64,000 bases of DNA from Octopus vulgaris. Lineage: Eukaryota. Below, one piece after another: positions 13,210 to 24,820 of the stretch. The notes below the pieces were generated by a model. It worked only from the letters and a program-made list of their open reading frames with translations. It searched no databases and was not told the DNA's origin. The stretch is taken from contig OX597815.1 of the NCBI GenBank assembly GCA_951406725.2, positions 71,734,001-71,798,000 on the forward strand. Direction: 5' to 3'. A program made the translations under genes and the position numbers. Position 1 is the stretch's first letter; every line of letters starts with the position of its first letter.

Positions 13210-13736
13210 GATTTTATATTAAATTAATATGTGTGTGTGTGAGTTGAACCGTTAATCCCTACACATTTCTCCTCTCCGTTTTTTCCATTCTCAATCCATT
13301 TTTTTTTTACCTTCCAACTCTTTCTGTCGAAGAACGTAGGCTCCGAACGTCATTGACTTTTTCATTCTTCCCTAGCGTCAAATTAATACACTTGTTTGTT
13401 GTTCCCTTACCTGTCTCCGTTTTTTTTTTTTTCTGTAAATTTGAATTAATGTGTGTGTGTGTGTACACAGAATTTACTGTCGCTGCAATATCATTGACCA
13501 GTGATCAAAAAGGCCGTTATACGTTCATTCATTCATGGGACTGTAACTTCTTAGTGTCTTACGTCCAACTTCTTCCCAAATAGTGTCTTTCGTGGCTGAT
13601 AAGTCTTATGCACGTTCGACATGTTTTATGACAGTACCTGTTATCCAGCAATGTTGAGGCAGAGTTGTCTGCCACTGTTGTGCACATATGTTTTTATCTT
13701 GCCTCCTCAGTATGTTGAATGTGATATCTTCATAAG

Positions 13737-13769
<33 letters not shown>

Positions 13770-14274
13770 AGCTGGTGTACACGGTAATTCCCGGGGTAAA
13801 GATGTTCTATTGAAACGCCTTATTACTCTGATATAAGAAGGCAATTTCGTTATAACTACCACAAAAGATGTATTTTCTGTCACGAAAAGAGTACAAAAAA
13901 CTGTCAGCTGGAGGAGGGAGAGATTGTTGGAAGTTGGCGAGAGAGGTTGTCTGAGGTTGGCAAGAGGCAAAGACATTATTCTACTTAGCGAAGGCACCCG
14001 GGAAATATATAACTGCTGTCATTCATAGAAAAACTATTGTTTTACCATGAGAAAAGCGCTGTTGCAGTTTTAAGTGAAATCTGGCAATCGAGGGTCGAAT
14101 CCACGCTATGCCTGCATGAAGCCACTACAAATACGTTGTGGAATAAAAAAATTTATCTACTGTCATGGAAAAAGTGTAACTGTAAAACTGCAGAATTATC
14201 GGAGTAATGGGCATTCAAAAAAGTATGTATGTATAGAGATGTATGAATGAAGTCTTTAATGTTTAACATTCAAA

Positions 14275-14881
14275 TCAAGGAAGTGCAATAATAATGTTTA
14301 GCAGTTCTAAATTAGAAATTCCAGCCGCAGCTTCGAAAGGATCCTTCAATATGTACCGTTTCATGGCTCGATCATTTCGCATGGTGGTTTTGCGTGGTCT
14401 ACCAGTTGCTTTTTTCGGTTCAAAACCTTTGGTCTTTTCATAGAGCTTAAGAACACGTGAAACTACACTCTTAAATCTCCTTACGTTTCGTGAAATAGCC
14501 GAGAGAGTCATTCCTGAAACTTTCATCCTTACAATTTCTTTTCTGAAGTCGAGAGTAACTTTAGCGTGGTATGCCATATTCGGAAGCTAGCACAATACTG
14601 AGATGGTAGTAACGTTGAGCCTGCAAATGTAAACAATGTTTGAAATCTTCAGAAATTTCTGAAGGAATCTAATCGTTCTCTTATTTTGCACATGAGACAT
14701 TTGCACGAAATTAGTGTTAGACTTATTAACTTTTATTATTAAGTCCATTGTACAAACTTAGATTTTTCAGAGAATTTAGCTTATGGTTAACTGTATTTAC
14801 GAAACCAATTACGAATTTGTACGTTCACTAGCTTTTCCGACATTTAAAAAAATATTAATCGTTCTCTTTTTTTGCCCGCTG
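14275..14881 (-). mobile_element. Tc1-family DNA transposon, 5' part only (TIR plus N-terminal HTH of transposase)
   Basis: ORF 14577-14275 has a paired-like HTH and GRPRKTT motif, truncated before DDE; terminus cagcgggcaaaaaaagagaacgatta with inner direct repeat taatcgttctctt at 14670 and 14856. Confidence 0.85.
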
Positions 14882-14907
14882 TGTGTGTGTGTGTGTGTGT
14901 ATTCACG

Positions 14908-15370
14908 TGAAGGTGCATGGCTCAGTGGTTAGGGCGTCGGGCTCACAATCATGAGGTTGTGAGTTCGATTCCTGGGCCGGGCTGTGTGTTAACACATTAT
15001 TTCACATTGAACCAGTTCACTCGGCTGTAGAACTGAGTTGCGAGTGACTGATGTCAAGCTGTATCGGAGTTTGCCTTTCCCTTAGATAACATCAGTGGCG
15101 TAGAGAGGGGAAGAAGTATGCATGGGCGACTGCTGGTATTCCATAAACAACATTGCCCGGACTTGTGCATCCACAATGGTCAGGACCTCAAGTTGTCCTG
15201 AGCATTGTAGATGGTCGCTGGTTCGCGCTTTTGCCCAAGCAAGTTGCAAACGTAGCAGAGTCGAACCCCAGAACCACGTATATCCCTGAAACAAACTTCT
15301 TCGCGCTTTTGCGGTCCAAGCAAGTGAACTTCCAGGTGCAATCTCATGGTCATTCATGACTGAAGGGGGT
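14908..15370 (+). mobile_element. tRNA-derived SINE family C
   Basis: A box tggctcagtgg, B box gttcgattc, then aacac..tatttcac; relatives at about 6395-6580, 11020-11160, 23940-24060, 46655-46930, 47925-48160. Confidence 0.8.
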
Positions 15371-15704
15371 TTAATATAGTTTCACACGAATGCGCCTAAA
15401 ATGAGATTTATTATGGCGATGCTATGGTAGGAAACAACTTACTGTGCAAACGTAGCAGAGTCGAACCCCAGAACCACGTATATCCCTGAAACAAACTTCT
15501 TTTACTACACACAGTCATGACAGCAGAAACAGACAGACAGAGACAAATGTGTGCGTGATATATCGTAAATTCCAACCACAGTTCCTTTAACAGACTTCTT
15601 AATTCCGTCATGTTGTTTCATATAGAATTCGTTTCACAAGACGGGAATTTAATTCCTTCAAATTAGCGGAAACATACTTGTTGAGTGTGTGTGTATATAT
15701 ATAT

Positions 15705-15771
<67 letters not shown>

Positions 15772-16105
15772 CACTATCTTTGTTGTTGTCATTGATGTTT
15801 CATGTTAATTTGATAGGCTTCATTGATGTTGTTGCTACTGTTGTTGTTGTTGTTTCTGTTTACCTCGTTATGGCTTTGATTCATGCTTCTCTAAGTACAA
15901 TGATCTGATAATGTCTTACTCCTAGTATCGATCCGTTCGTTTTGTCCACAGCGATCTTAAATACTGGTTAGTTTATCTTGCACTACTATTATCGATTATC
16001 TAGTTGTGTGTGTGTGTGTGTAAGGAAATCTGATAGTGTTGCTATGTTTTCATAGTTCATAGTCATTCCATTTGTCATAAGTAATCTGATAGTTTGGTCG
16101 GCTGT

Positions 16106-16147
<42 letters not shown>

Positions 16148-17351
16148 TTTCCGCGTGCGTGAGGAGAGGCGCGCTCATTCATATATCTTTGTTTCGATTA
16201 TTGGAATGCGACCTTGCTGGATCACCGCCTTGAAGGGTTCAGTAAAAAAATCGACCCCCAGTAATTTTTTGTTTTTTTCTTTTTTTAAGTCTGGTGCTTC
16301 TCCTTTCGTTCTCTTTTGCCGAACCGCTTCGACACGGGAACGCAAACAAACCCACACCCATTTTCAAGTGGTGGTGTGGGTGGGGAAAGGCAAACACAAA
16401 GACACACATACGCACATACATATATTCGACGGGCTTCCACACAGATTCCGTTTATTTACTCACGAGGCACTGATCGGCCCAGGACTACAGCAGAAGACAT
16501 TTGCCCAAGGTGCCGCCGTATGAGACTGAACTTGGAACCAAGTGGTTGCAAAGTGAGGTTTCAGCGATGAGGATTCAATTGTTCAATCAGTCAAATTACC
16601 TGTCCCTGAATTAATATGTAAGTGGTTGAATGTCCCACGTGACTGGGATATTCAGTCACTTTTGAATGTAATACTTAAGCAGAATCAGTTTGACACAGTG
16701 TGACAAGATTGCACCGTTTGAATTTCGGATACAAACTACCCAACGGGCTTCTATACAGTTTCCGTCTACCTAATTTCGCTTTGTAGCTATGAGTCAATCC
16801 AAGGGTACAGAAAATGATATTTGCTCAAAATATCATTCAATGGAATTGAACCCACGATATTTCATGGTTGCGAAAAGGACTTCTTTATCCTTCAGCCATA
16901 TCCTCTGTGTGTGTGTGTGTGTGTGTGTGTTTGTGCACGTGCGTGCTTGTTTTGTATCAAAAATTAACTCTGAGTTTAACCCCAGGTTGGGTTGTCCGCG
17001 ACTGTCAGCTTCCGATGTAATATGCACATCTATCCCCTCTGCCAAGCGTATAGAGTTCTAAATCAGATATTTGCTCTCTGTAAAATAGTATAACTATTTA
17101 TATTTTAGAACCCTTACACTACGCTATAACGTCTCCCTCATAAGTTCGAGTTATATACCTTACATTTTTCTGAACGTTTATATTAAAAAAAACCACCCAC
17201 AGTCGCGAACGAGTCGACTGTCAACTTTTGATATCACACACATACATCAATGTTTGATTATTTTGTTTAGTTATAACAACAATTTAACATTAAACTGAAG
17301 ACGTACTCAATTTTTTGTAGAGTACGTATTATACTTTTACAAGAAGGGCGG

Positions 17352-17393
17352 CAGCGACTTCCAAGTTTCGACCCGCCTGCCTTCGTCAGACTG
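17352..17393 (-). ncRNA. Minimal type I hammerhead ribozyme motif
   Basis: Minus strand: cagu CUGACGA a ggc-aggcgg-guc GAAA cuuggaag UC gcug; all core nucleotides present, stem I cagu/gcug, GUC cleavage triplet. Confidence 0.7.
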
Positions 17394-18174
17394 TGATAAA
17401 TTTCGGTTTATCTTGGCTTTATATAGTCTCTGCAAAGAGCTGTATAGGAAGGATGACAGGGGTAGGTAGAGAACATGTATGTGTGTAGGGTGAGTGCTTA
17501 TGGAAAGCTATTATACAAGGTTTTATTGTTTAGAGTTGAAGCTATGATATTTTTCAGAGTTCAGTCAAGTGTATAAAACTTTGTTGTCAGGTGTGTCTAG
17601 TTTAGGTTTACCAGATTCAGAGTATGAGATTGCTAGTAAAGAAATTTGGTTATTGTTATGTTTTAGTGATCTGAAAGCATATAAGGAAAGGAAAATGTTT
17701 GGTCATGAGATGTCTAACTAGGGTTTGATTGTTGTTGATGTTATTTGATTTCTATTTAGAGAATTTAACCCGTGTGTTTTGGGAAGGTAAAGATTGAGTA
17801 CTATATTGCTATAAGTTATTATATGGGAAATCCTACTCGTATTCAAATCTGATTTTATATGTGCTTGTTATCCATCACACTACCGCTTGACAACCGGCGT
17901 TGATTTGCAGAATAAGATATCAGACTTCAAAAAGCCTAAGTACTGGAGTCGATTTGTTCGACTAAAACTCTTAAAGGCGATGCCCCAGCATGGTCGAAGT
18001 CCAATGACTGAAACAAATAAAAAACATAAAATTAACGTTGAACAGCACTAGCTATAATACTGTCTTAGAGGAACATCCAGCGGTTTTGACTTTTAACGCA
18101 CAAGTCTCGGCATACTGCCCCCCCACTCACACACACACACGTCCTCATAACTTAAGATAAATGGAAATTTTGCT

Positions 18175-18403
18175 AATGAAATTTTCTACAAATATCTTAC
18201 GAAAGGTGTAGATTCCGATTATATCGGAATTTTTGTGGAAATTTTTTTCGGGGGCATAGAGAGAGGAATTTAGAACAATTTACACGAGTCGACTTTTTTT
18301 CTTTCTTTCTTTCTGAAAGCAACGAAGAAACAAAGGGTATTTCTAAATGAAATTTTCTACAATTACCTTTCAGATAGTATAGATTGCGATTATATCGGAA
18401 TTT
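18175..18403. repeat. Diverged direct repeat of about 58 bp (18175-18232, 18345-18403) inside a probable non-autonomous DNA element
   Basis: aatgaaattttctacaa...tagatt.cgattatatcggaattt occurs twice. Confidence 0.7.
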
Positions 18404-18781
18404 AATGTGAAGAAAAATAAAAAAAGAAGGGTGCGAACACATACAAATTGACTCACATCTTTGTTTTGTTTTTTAAAATTTCAAGTTTCATTTTGTAGAT
18501 ATAGTATACATGTGTGTGCATCCACCAATTTTCTTTTAAGTTGAGTGGAATGGCACATTTGTGTAGGTGTTCCAAATCACTCTGAGGGCTTCTTTGAAAC
18601 GAAATATCATAGCTAGTGCCGTTGTACATTTGCATGTACGTTAAATGTTAAGCACACTGGTATTTTAATCTAAGGCTGTTTCAAGTACGTATATTAATTT
18701 CTGTATTTGTATTTCAATAACCTGCTATATGTAATAGCGCAATGGTGTTGCTCCATACGCAGTTTAATGTATGTTATACAA

Positions 18782-19550
18782 TACTAGCCGAGTAGCCCGT
18801 CGTTGCCAGATAATTTTCAAAATAGAATGCCTTTATTTCAATATTTCGCTTATTCCATGTTAGACATGTCTTCTGCGATGGATAGGCTTCTTCATCGGGA
18901 GGGATCTTTACATTATCTGGGGCTAATCTGTGTCTCGATAAACAAAGTTTTTGTTTTTCTATTTGGTGCGCATAAATGTAAAGATTTTTCTTAATACGCA
19001 GCTGCTGCTTTGCGAAGCTGTTTCGACTATCGCCCTAATGCAATTCCTCACACACACTCAGCATGAGCGACATACATATACAGAGGAAGATTGAGAGAGA
19101 GTGTGGTAAATAGAGAGAAAAGGAAAGTTTACAATGAGAAAAGCGTTATTGTCACAGATTTTGAAAATTTTAAAATTAAATGAACATTTTCAAATTTTCT
19201 ATATTGATGTAATTTTTCACGCTAAATCCGATTTTGTGATTCATTTATTCCAGAAAAGTTTAGAAAAATATTACAGAGGTTTAAAGTTTGATCATTTTTA
19301 CTCAATCAGAAAACAAAGATTTGGAAACTAGCATTTTTTGCGTGATAGCTGTCCATCACAAAATGAAAGCAAAAACATTTACTACGAGGAAGTTTGAAAC
19401 AAAAGGAAAGCAAAACATTACAACGACGGAAGTTGCAAGAAGTTTCAATGAATAAAGTCACGTGAAACGGTCAAACAGGCATGTAAATAATTTACACAGA
19501 GCTAGACAGACGCTCTTGATATTGCAATACGTCGGTCATATCAAGAGAGA
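18782..19550 (+). mobile_element. Possible Helitron/Helentron-associated non-autonomous element
   Basis: Starts tactagccgagtagcccgtcgttgcc, like HINE/Lep1-type termini; hairpin ctcttgatat..atatcaagag near 19512-19547; right boundary uncertain. Confidence 0.4.
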
Positions 19551-20522
19551 AGGGAGCAGCATGCGTGAGAGAGATACATATACGAATTTGAACACAGAAC
19601 GTAAAGGCAGACGAAATACCTATTTCTTTACTACACTCAAGGGGCTAAACACAGAGAGGACAAACAAGGACAGACAAACGGATTAAGTCGATTATATCGA
19701 CCCCAGTGCGTAACTGGTACTTATTTAATCGACCCCGAAAGGATGAAAGGCAAAGTCAACCTCGGCGGAATTTGAACTCAGAACGTAGCGGCAGACGAAA
19801 TACCGCTAAGCATTTCGCCCGGCGTGCTAACATTTCTTAATACATTATTGCCCACCAACGGGACAACACATCACATGTGGGGACACAAAACGAAGAATAA
19901 AAAAAAAACAAACGTATGACAAAGATGAATGATAAATATGAAAACGAGAAAATGGAATGGGACCACTCAGCCCCACCTCCGAGCGACCCCATTTCTACCC
20001 TTTACCACCTTTTATACCCCGTTCCTTCTAGTATGTCTATCCCGAAAGTCAAAACTTCCGGTAGTTCCTTTCTGTTCAACTTCACCTCCTACGACCCATA
20101 TCCACTTTTGTTTCAACACTCTCCATCTGTTCCTCCGTCGGTAACACACAACGGTGTCACCTCTTGACATTGTCAAACTCATGAATTTTCCACTGCCTTA
20201 AAATCGTCCCATTCTGGTAGTTCTCGTTCGAATCATCAATCATCACTACTACACATTTCTTTTTTGTCTGGGAGGGGGAGTTTGAGAGTTCTAGTATGTG
20301 TGTTTCTTTTTTTGTTTTCGTGTCGGAGAGGAATGGTTAGTCTCGGTGTCTGTGGGGAAAGGGTGGGTGTGGGTTGGGATTTAAAGTTCAAATCACTTGC
20401 TTTCTTCGTTTTCCCCCGCCTACCACTTTCCATGTTTCTTCCTCTGGTACTTTTTTCTCTTCTTTTTCTATCATCTCTGCATGTTCCTCCGTTTTCTTTG
20501 TCCGTTCTTCTACTTTTTTTTC

Positions 20523-21200
20523 TGGCGGTGAAGGTCAGTTCACTCTAATGTGGCCCTTTAGACCACATAACATCTAGGGACTCTGCCCTCCACCTTGAAC
20601 CTCTTTTCCGTTTCATCAAACGAGATTATTTCTGCTATATTTTCTAAGATTTCCCTTGATGCTTGTACCGTCATCTCAAGTGTCTTTCCTTTCCACATTT
20701 CACATCTGGTTCCCGTGACCTGGAGCACTGCTATATCCTCCTCATTTCCTTTAAGGACTGCGGCCGCTACCCAGGCCACGTGTATTTCGGATGGAATACC
20801 TTCGACTTTAATCCTTGTTGCCCGTCTGTCCATATAAGTGGGCAACAACACCACTTCTTCATCCTTTATTGCCTTCGCTGCCTGTTTCTTTACATTTTGT
20901 TCTTTCGTGAACCTCACCTCTACTGTACCAAATCTCATTCCTCTCTTTATAAAGGCTATGTCGTGCCACAATCTGGAAAATCTATTATAGATTCTACGAC
21001 AAGTGGGTTTACTAGATAAATGACTGTTTTGTCTTGCTTGCTTTTTGTTTTTTGTCATAATAATTTCATACTTGGCTTAAGTCTAACTACTTCTTAACCA
21101 TTAGAGTGAACTGTCCTTCACCGCCCAACACTTTTTCTATTTGACTTGAGTTTACATTCTCAATTCTGCCCGCTTTCGTTGAAAATGTTTTGTATGTAAT
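20523..21200 (-). pseudogene. ORF1/gag-like copy 2 with decayed zinc knuckle
   Basis: ...FGTVEVRF...LLPTYMDRRATRIKVEGIP...VEGRVPRCY(VC)GLKGHIRVN*P, a CX2CX4HX4C pattern restored across one frameshift and one stop. Confidence 0.65.
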
Positions 21201-21214
21201 TGTTTTCCTCCCCC

Positions 21215-21953
21215 ACATCTCTGCCTCATCAAACAAGACTATCTCTGCTATCTCCTCCAAGGCTTCCGCCGATGCCTGCACCGCCATCTCGAGTGTCTCT
21301 CCCCTCCACATCCCGCGGCCTGGAGCACCGCTACATCGTCCTCACCTCCCTCGAGGACCGCGGCCGCCACCCAGGCCACATCCACTTCGGTGGAATACCT
21401 TCAACTCCAATCCCAGTTGCCCTTCTGCCCATACAAGTGGGCAACAACACCACTACCCCGTCCTCTACTGTCCCCACCGCCCGCTTCCTTGCGAACCTCA
21501 CCTCCACTGCACCTTACAAAGATAATATCCCACCACATGGGCCTTAGTACCTTTTCTATTTGAGCCGTTTTTACGTTTTCAATCCTACTTGCCTTCGCTG
21601 AGAATGTCCTGCATGCAACTACTCTCTCTGACACCCTCCAACATTTCCTTTGGAGGGGACAACTCCACATTGTACCCCTCTCTACAGGTCAGATTTTTAA
21701 AATTACTGATTTTCTTGATGTCAATCTCCTCTTCCTCCTGTTTTGTCACTTTCGTGAAGCTTTTCTTTTTTTCATCTTTCTTAATTATTTCATCCATTTT
21801 TCCTATTGCTCTAAGCAGTTCTTCTGACAACGATAGTTTAGACCCACCAAGGTCTGAAAAAACAGGCTTCTTTTTCTCCGTAGCTAACTCTCCCCAAAAT
21901 AGGAGAGAAAGCACAAACAAATTGCTACAAAGCAGCACAAAAACAATTAACAA
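21215..21953 (-). pseudogene. ORF1/gag-like copy 1 (frameshifted)
   Basis: Parallels copy 2 (RTFSAKASRIENVKTAQIEKVL vs KTFSTKAGRIENVNSSQIEKVL; WRGETLEMAVQAS vs WKGKTLEMTVQAS). Confidence 0.6.
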
Positions 21954-22124
21954 AGTGTTTAAAACACAGACACAAAATAAATTATGTTAACACCGTGAAA
22001 AATAACGTCAAACTGCCTCACGTACAACTTGAAAAACAGCGGAGGCGTGCTAACGTTTCTGCCAGCTCGCCGCCTTTACAGACCATCATGTAACTTGTTT
22101 GACATGTGCATTGCGTTTTTATTA

Positions 22125-22370
22125 TCTTCCGTTTTATGTATCCGGTATGCACATGCGCATTACGTTTTCATTTTTCTCTTTCCGGTTCCTACTCAAAACT
22201 GTTTACAGATCACAGCCATCTCACGAACTTCTGTTTGTGAGGAGCGCTTCGCGTTCCGATGGTTGTGAATAAATAATATCGAAGAGATTAGATAGACAGA
22301 TAACAGCTAAAATCTCAAAGTCACTGTTAATTTCTTTCCTGTAAAGAATACATAGACACATGGCGGCAGA
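22125..22370. promoter_or_regulatory. CpG-rich cluster with NRF1-like (TGCACATGCGCA), ETS (TTCCGG) and YY1-like (CATGGCGGC) motifs
   Basis: Motifs at 22148, 22180 and 22359 in non-repetitive sequence. Confidence 0.3.
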
Positions 22371-22525
22371 ACACCTGACGTAGCCCAGGTGTACATAGAA
22401 TTGTTCTGATTGAATTGATATCCGGTTTAATTGACCACTATTGCATTTCTACGCACACACACAAAATGTGTGTATAGATTATTGAAAAGAAACTTGACAT
22501 TGATGTGATAAATGAAGGTGAATGT

Positions 22526-22863
22526 TTATAAAACCTGACCACTTCCTAAGAGCATCGTCAACATAGGCGAATTGGTTCTCAGCTTTAGAAGTAAGTTGAT
22601 GACTTGTGACATTAAGGGGCTACCATTAAACACGTTTGTAGGTAACACTCTTGAAAGATTTAGTACCTGTTCTCGACGGATAAGCGATTGTCTCGCCACA
22701 ATACGATGGAAAAGTAGTTTGTGTTTGAAATCCATAACATTTATCCACCCAGAAACACCATCCTTACCTTTTAAAGTATAGCTCACGTCTTCAATTTCAA
22801 AGACAGTCGTCTGATTTAAACATAATTTTAATTGTGGTATTAACATCTTGTCGTTGGTGGTCG
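22526..22863 (-). CDS. Candidate coding exon of unknown product (about 112 aa open)
   Basis: Long ORF with protein-like composition, not explained by a microsatellite or TE; acceptor tatcatttttgcag| just upstream with the frame open (TTNDKMLIPQ...). Confidence 0.35.
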
Positions 22864-24286
22864 CTGCAAAAATGATATAATTATTTAATTATTTGTCGTT
22901 GTGAAGAGTTAAGTCATGTCGTTGTTACCTAATTCCTCACACATACACTTATTGTCCACTCAATTGCATTAGTGAAACCATTTCACTCGATTGTCTATTC
23001 ATCTTGTGTCCTCTTCACTGTGTAACATCCATGTGTCAGCTCCGTTTCATTCGTTGTATCTCTTCTAAATTGCAATCAATTCTGTATTCATAGACTCTGT
23101 GTGTATGTGTGTGCATTGACAGCTGCAGTGGATGGCTGTTTTAACACACACACACTTCATTGCAAAGGAAGATGGAGGGGAAAGCAGAGCAAAATTCATC
23201 ACTTGCGATATTATTACTTTTTTTTAATTGCATTTGTTATTTTCTTTCTTTTCTTTTCTTTCTTTTTTTTCTCATTGACGGTGATGTACATCCATTTCAT
23301 GAAACGTCTGAATATTTATGTTATATATGAATTAGTGAAGGTTTTTAAGTATCGATTTAAAATAAATTATTTCGTTTTACGTACTGAAGATCTTTTATCT
23401 TTTTCTTGTTTCAGTCATTAGACTGTGGCCATGCTAAGGCACCACCTTGAAGAATTTCCAGTCGAATGAATCGACTCCAGTACTTATTTTTTTTGTTAAG
23501 CCTAGTACCTATTCTATCACTCCCACTTGCTTAACTGCTAAGTTTCAGGGACGTAAACACACCAACACTGGTTGTCAAGCGGAACTGGAGGCACATACAA
23601 ACACACAATATATATATACAACGGGTTTCATTTTAGTTTCCGTCTAACAAAGCCACTCACAAGGCTTTGGTCGGCCCGGAGCTATAGTAGAAGACATTTG
23701 CCCAAGGTGCCACGCATTGGGACTGAACGTGGAACCATGTAGTTGGGAAATACATTTCTTACCACACAGCCACGCCTGTGCCTAGATATCCATTCTATTG
23801 TTACCCATTTGAAATATATGAACAAAATAGCCAAACGGACGTGGGTTTTTATTAGACAGTCAACTATGTAAGTCTTGGTTTCAAATCTTGTACCAATCTT
23901 GCCGTATTTGTTAGACAAGGTATGTAATTCTACTTCAGTTAAAGGCGCGTGGCCAAACGATGAGAGTGTTCGGCTCATGATCGTATAAGATCGGGATTAT
24001 GTCCCTTGAGCAAGGCATGTTATTTCACGTTGCTCCAGTCTACATAGCTGTAGGGAGTATCAACCTCTTTCCGCGTTTCACTGAGTCAACGTCGAGCATA
24101 TGGAGAGGGTGTCTGTGTCTGCTCACGACTATATAGGTACCGAAAGCAACTATCTATACTCGCTCCCGAGTCACTTTTGTTTTTTTTAAATCTATCAAAC
24201 TTTTACAGGTATTGAATAAGATACTAGGTATATACTCTTAAATAGTCATTAAAACTGGAGCAAGGTACTAATTTCTTTTTAAAGTA

Positions 24287-24477
24287 CCGTATTTGATGTA
24301 CGGGCATGTTAGACGCACTCCAATTTCAACAGTGCATGTTCAAGGAAAATAGTTTGTAGTACATTAAAGCATGTCACATTGACACAACTTTTTATATAGG
24401 ACCCGGGGTGATTTGCCCCCCCTCTCTCTCTCTTTGAGAGTGAGGAAGAAGTGCGTCACTCATGCCGGGAAATATGG
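24287..24477. mobile_element. Tc1/mariner-pogo type MITE with TA TSD
   Basis: ta|ccgtattt..ggcatgttagacgcac ... gtgcgtcactcatgccgggaaatatgg|ta. Confidence 0.75.
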
Positions 24478-24599
24478 TATTTTGGTACCGTCTCAAGCCT
24501 TTCTTTGTTCACAGATATCTCAGTGCTAACTGGAGCAACAGTTTCGAATTCAAGATAAGAACTAACCCCAGATCGTTTTTACTTTTAAAAGCACGACAG

Positions 24600-24820
24600 G
24601 GCGGTAAGCTCTGGCAGGATCGTTAGAGCGTCGGACAAAATGTCATGCAGTATTTATTCCGACATTTTACGTTCTGGTTTCAAATCCCACCCAGGTCAAG
24701 TTTGTCATTCATCCTTGTGGATTCGATAAAATAAAAGTACCAGTGGGGTATCGGGATCAATTGTATTAACTAATCCCTCTTCCACTTAAAATTCTTGAAC
24801 TCGTGTCTAATTTGGAAACC
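24600..24820 (+). mobile_element. SINE family A copy
   Basis: Family A head, core and tail. Confidence 0.8.

Larger units (their letters stand above)
19838..22043 (-). mobile_element. ORF1-only (gag-like) non-autonomous non-LTR retroelement, probably L1/Tx1-related
   Basis: 17-bp TSD; two diverged tandem copies of an ORF1-like sequence; decayed CCHC knuckle; no RT or endonuclease motifs seen. Confidence 0.65.
19584..22074 (-). mobile_element. SINE family A (long-tail variant) split by a 2.2-kb insertion
   Basis: SINE head at 22044-22074 continues at 19837-19621; ggcgtgctaac(a/g)tttct duplicated at 19821-19837 and 22044-22060. Confidence 0.9.

Noticed and set aside
14912-14985. tRNA-like sequence with A and B boxes
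   Set aside because: No convincing acceptor stem and it continues into a SINE body; a SINE head, not a tRNA gene
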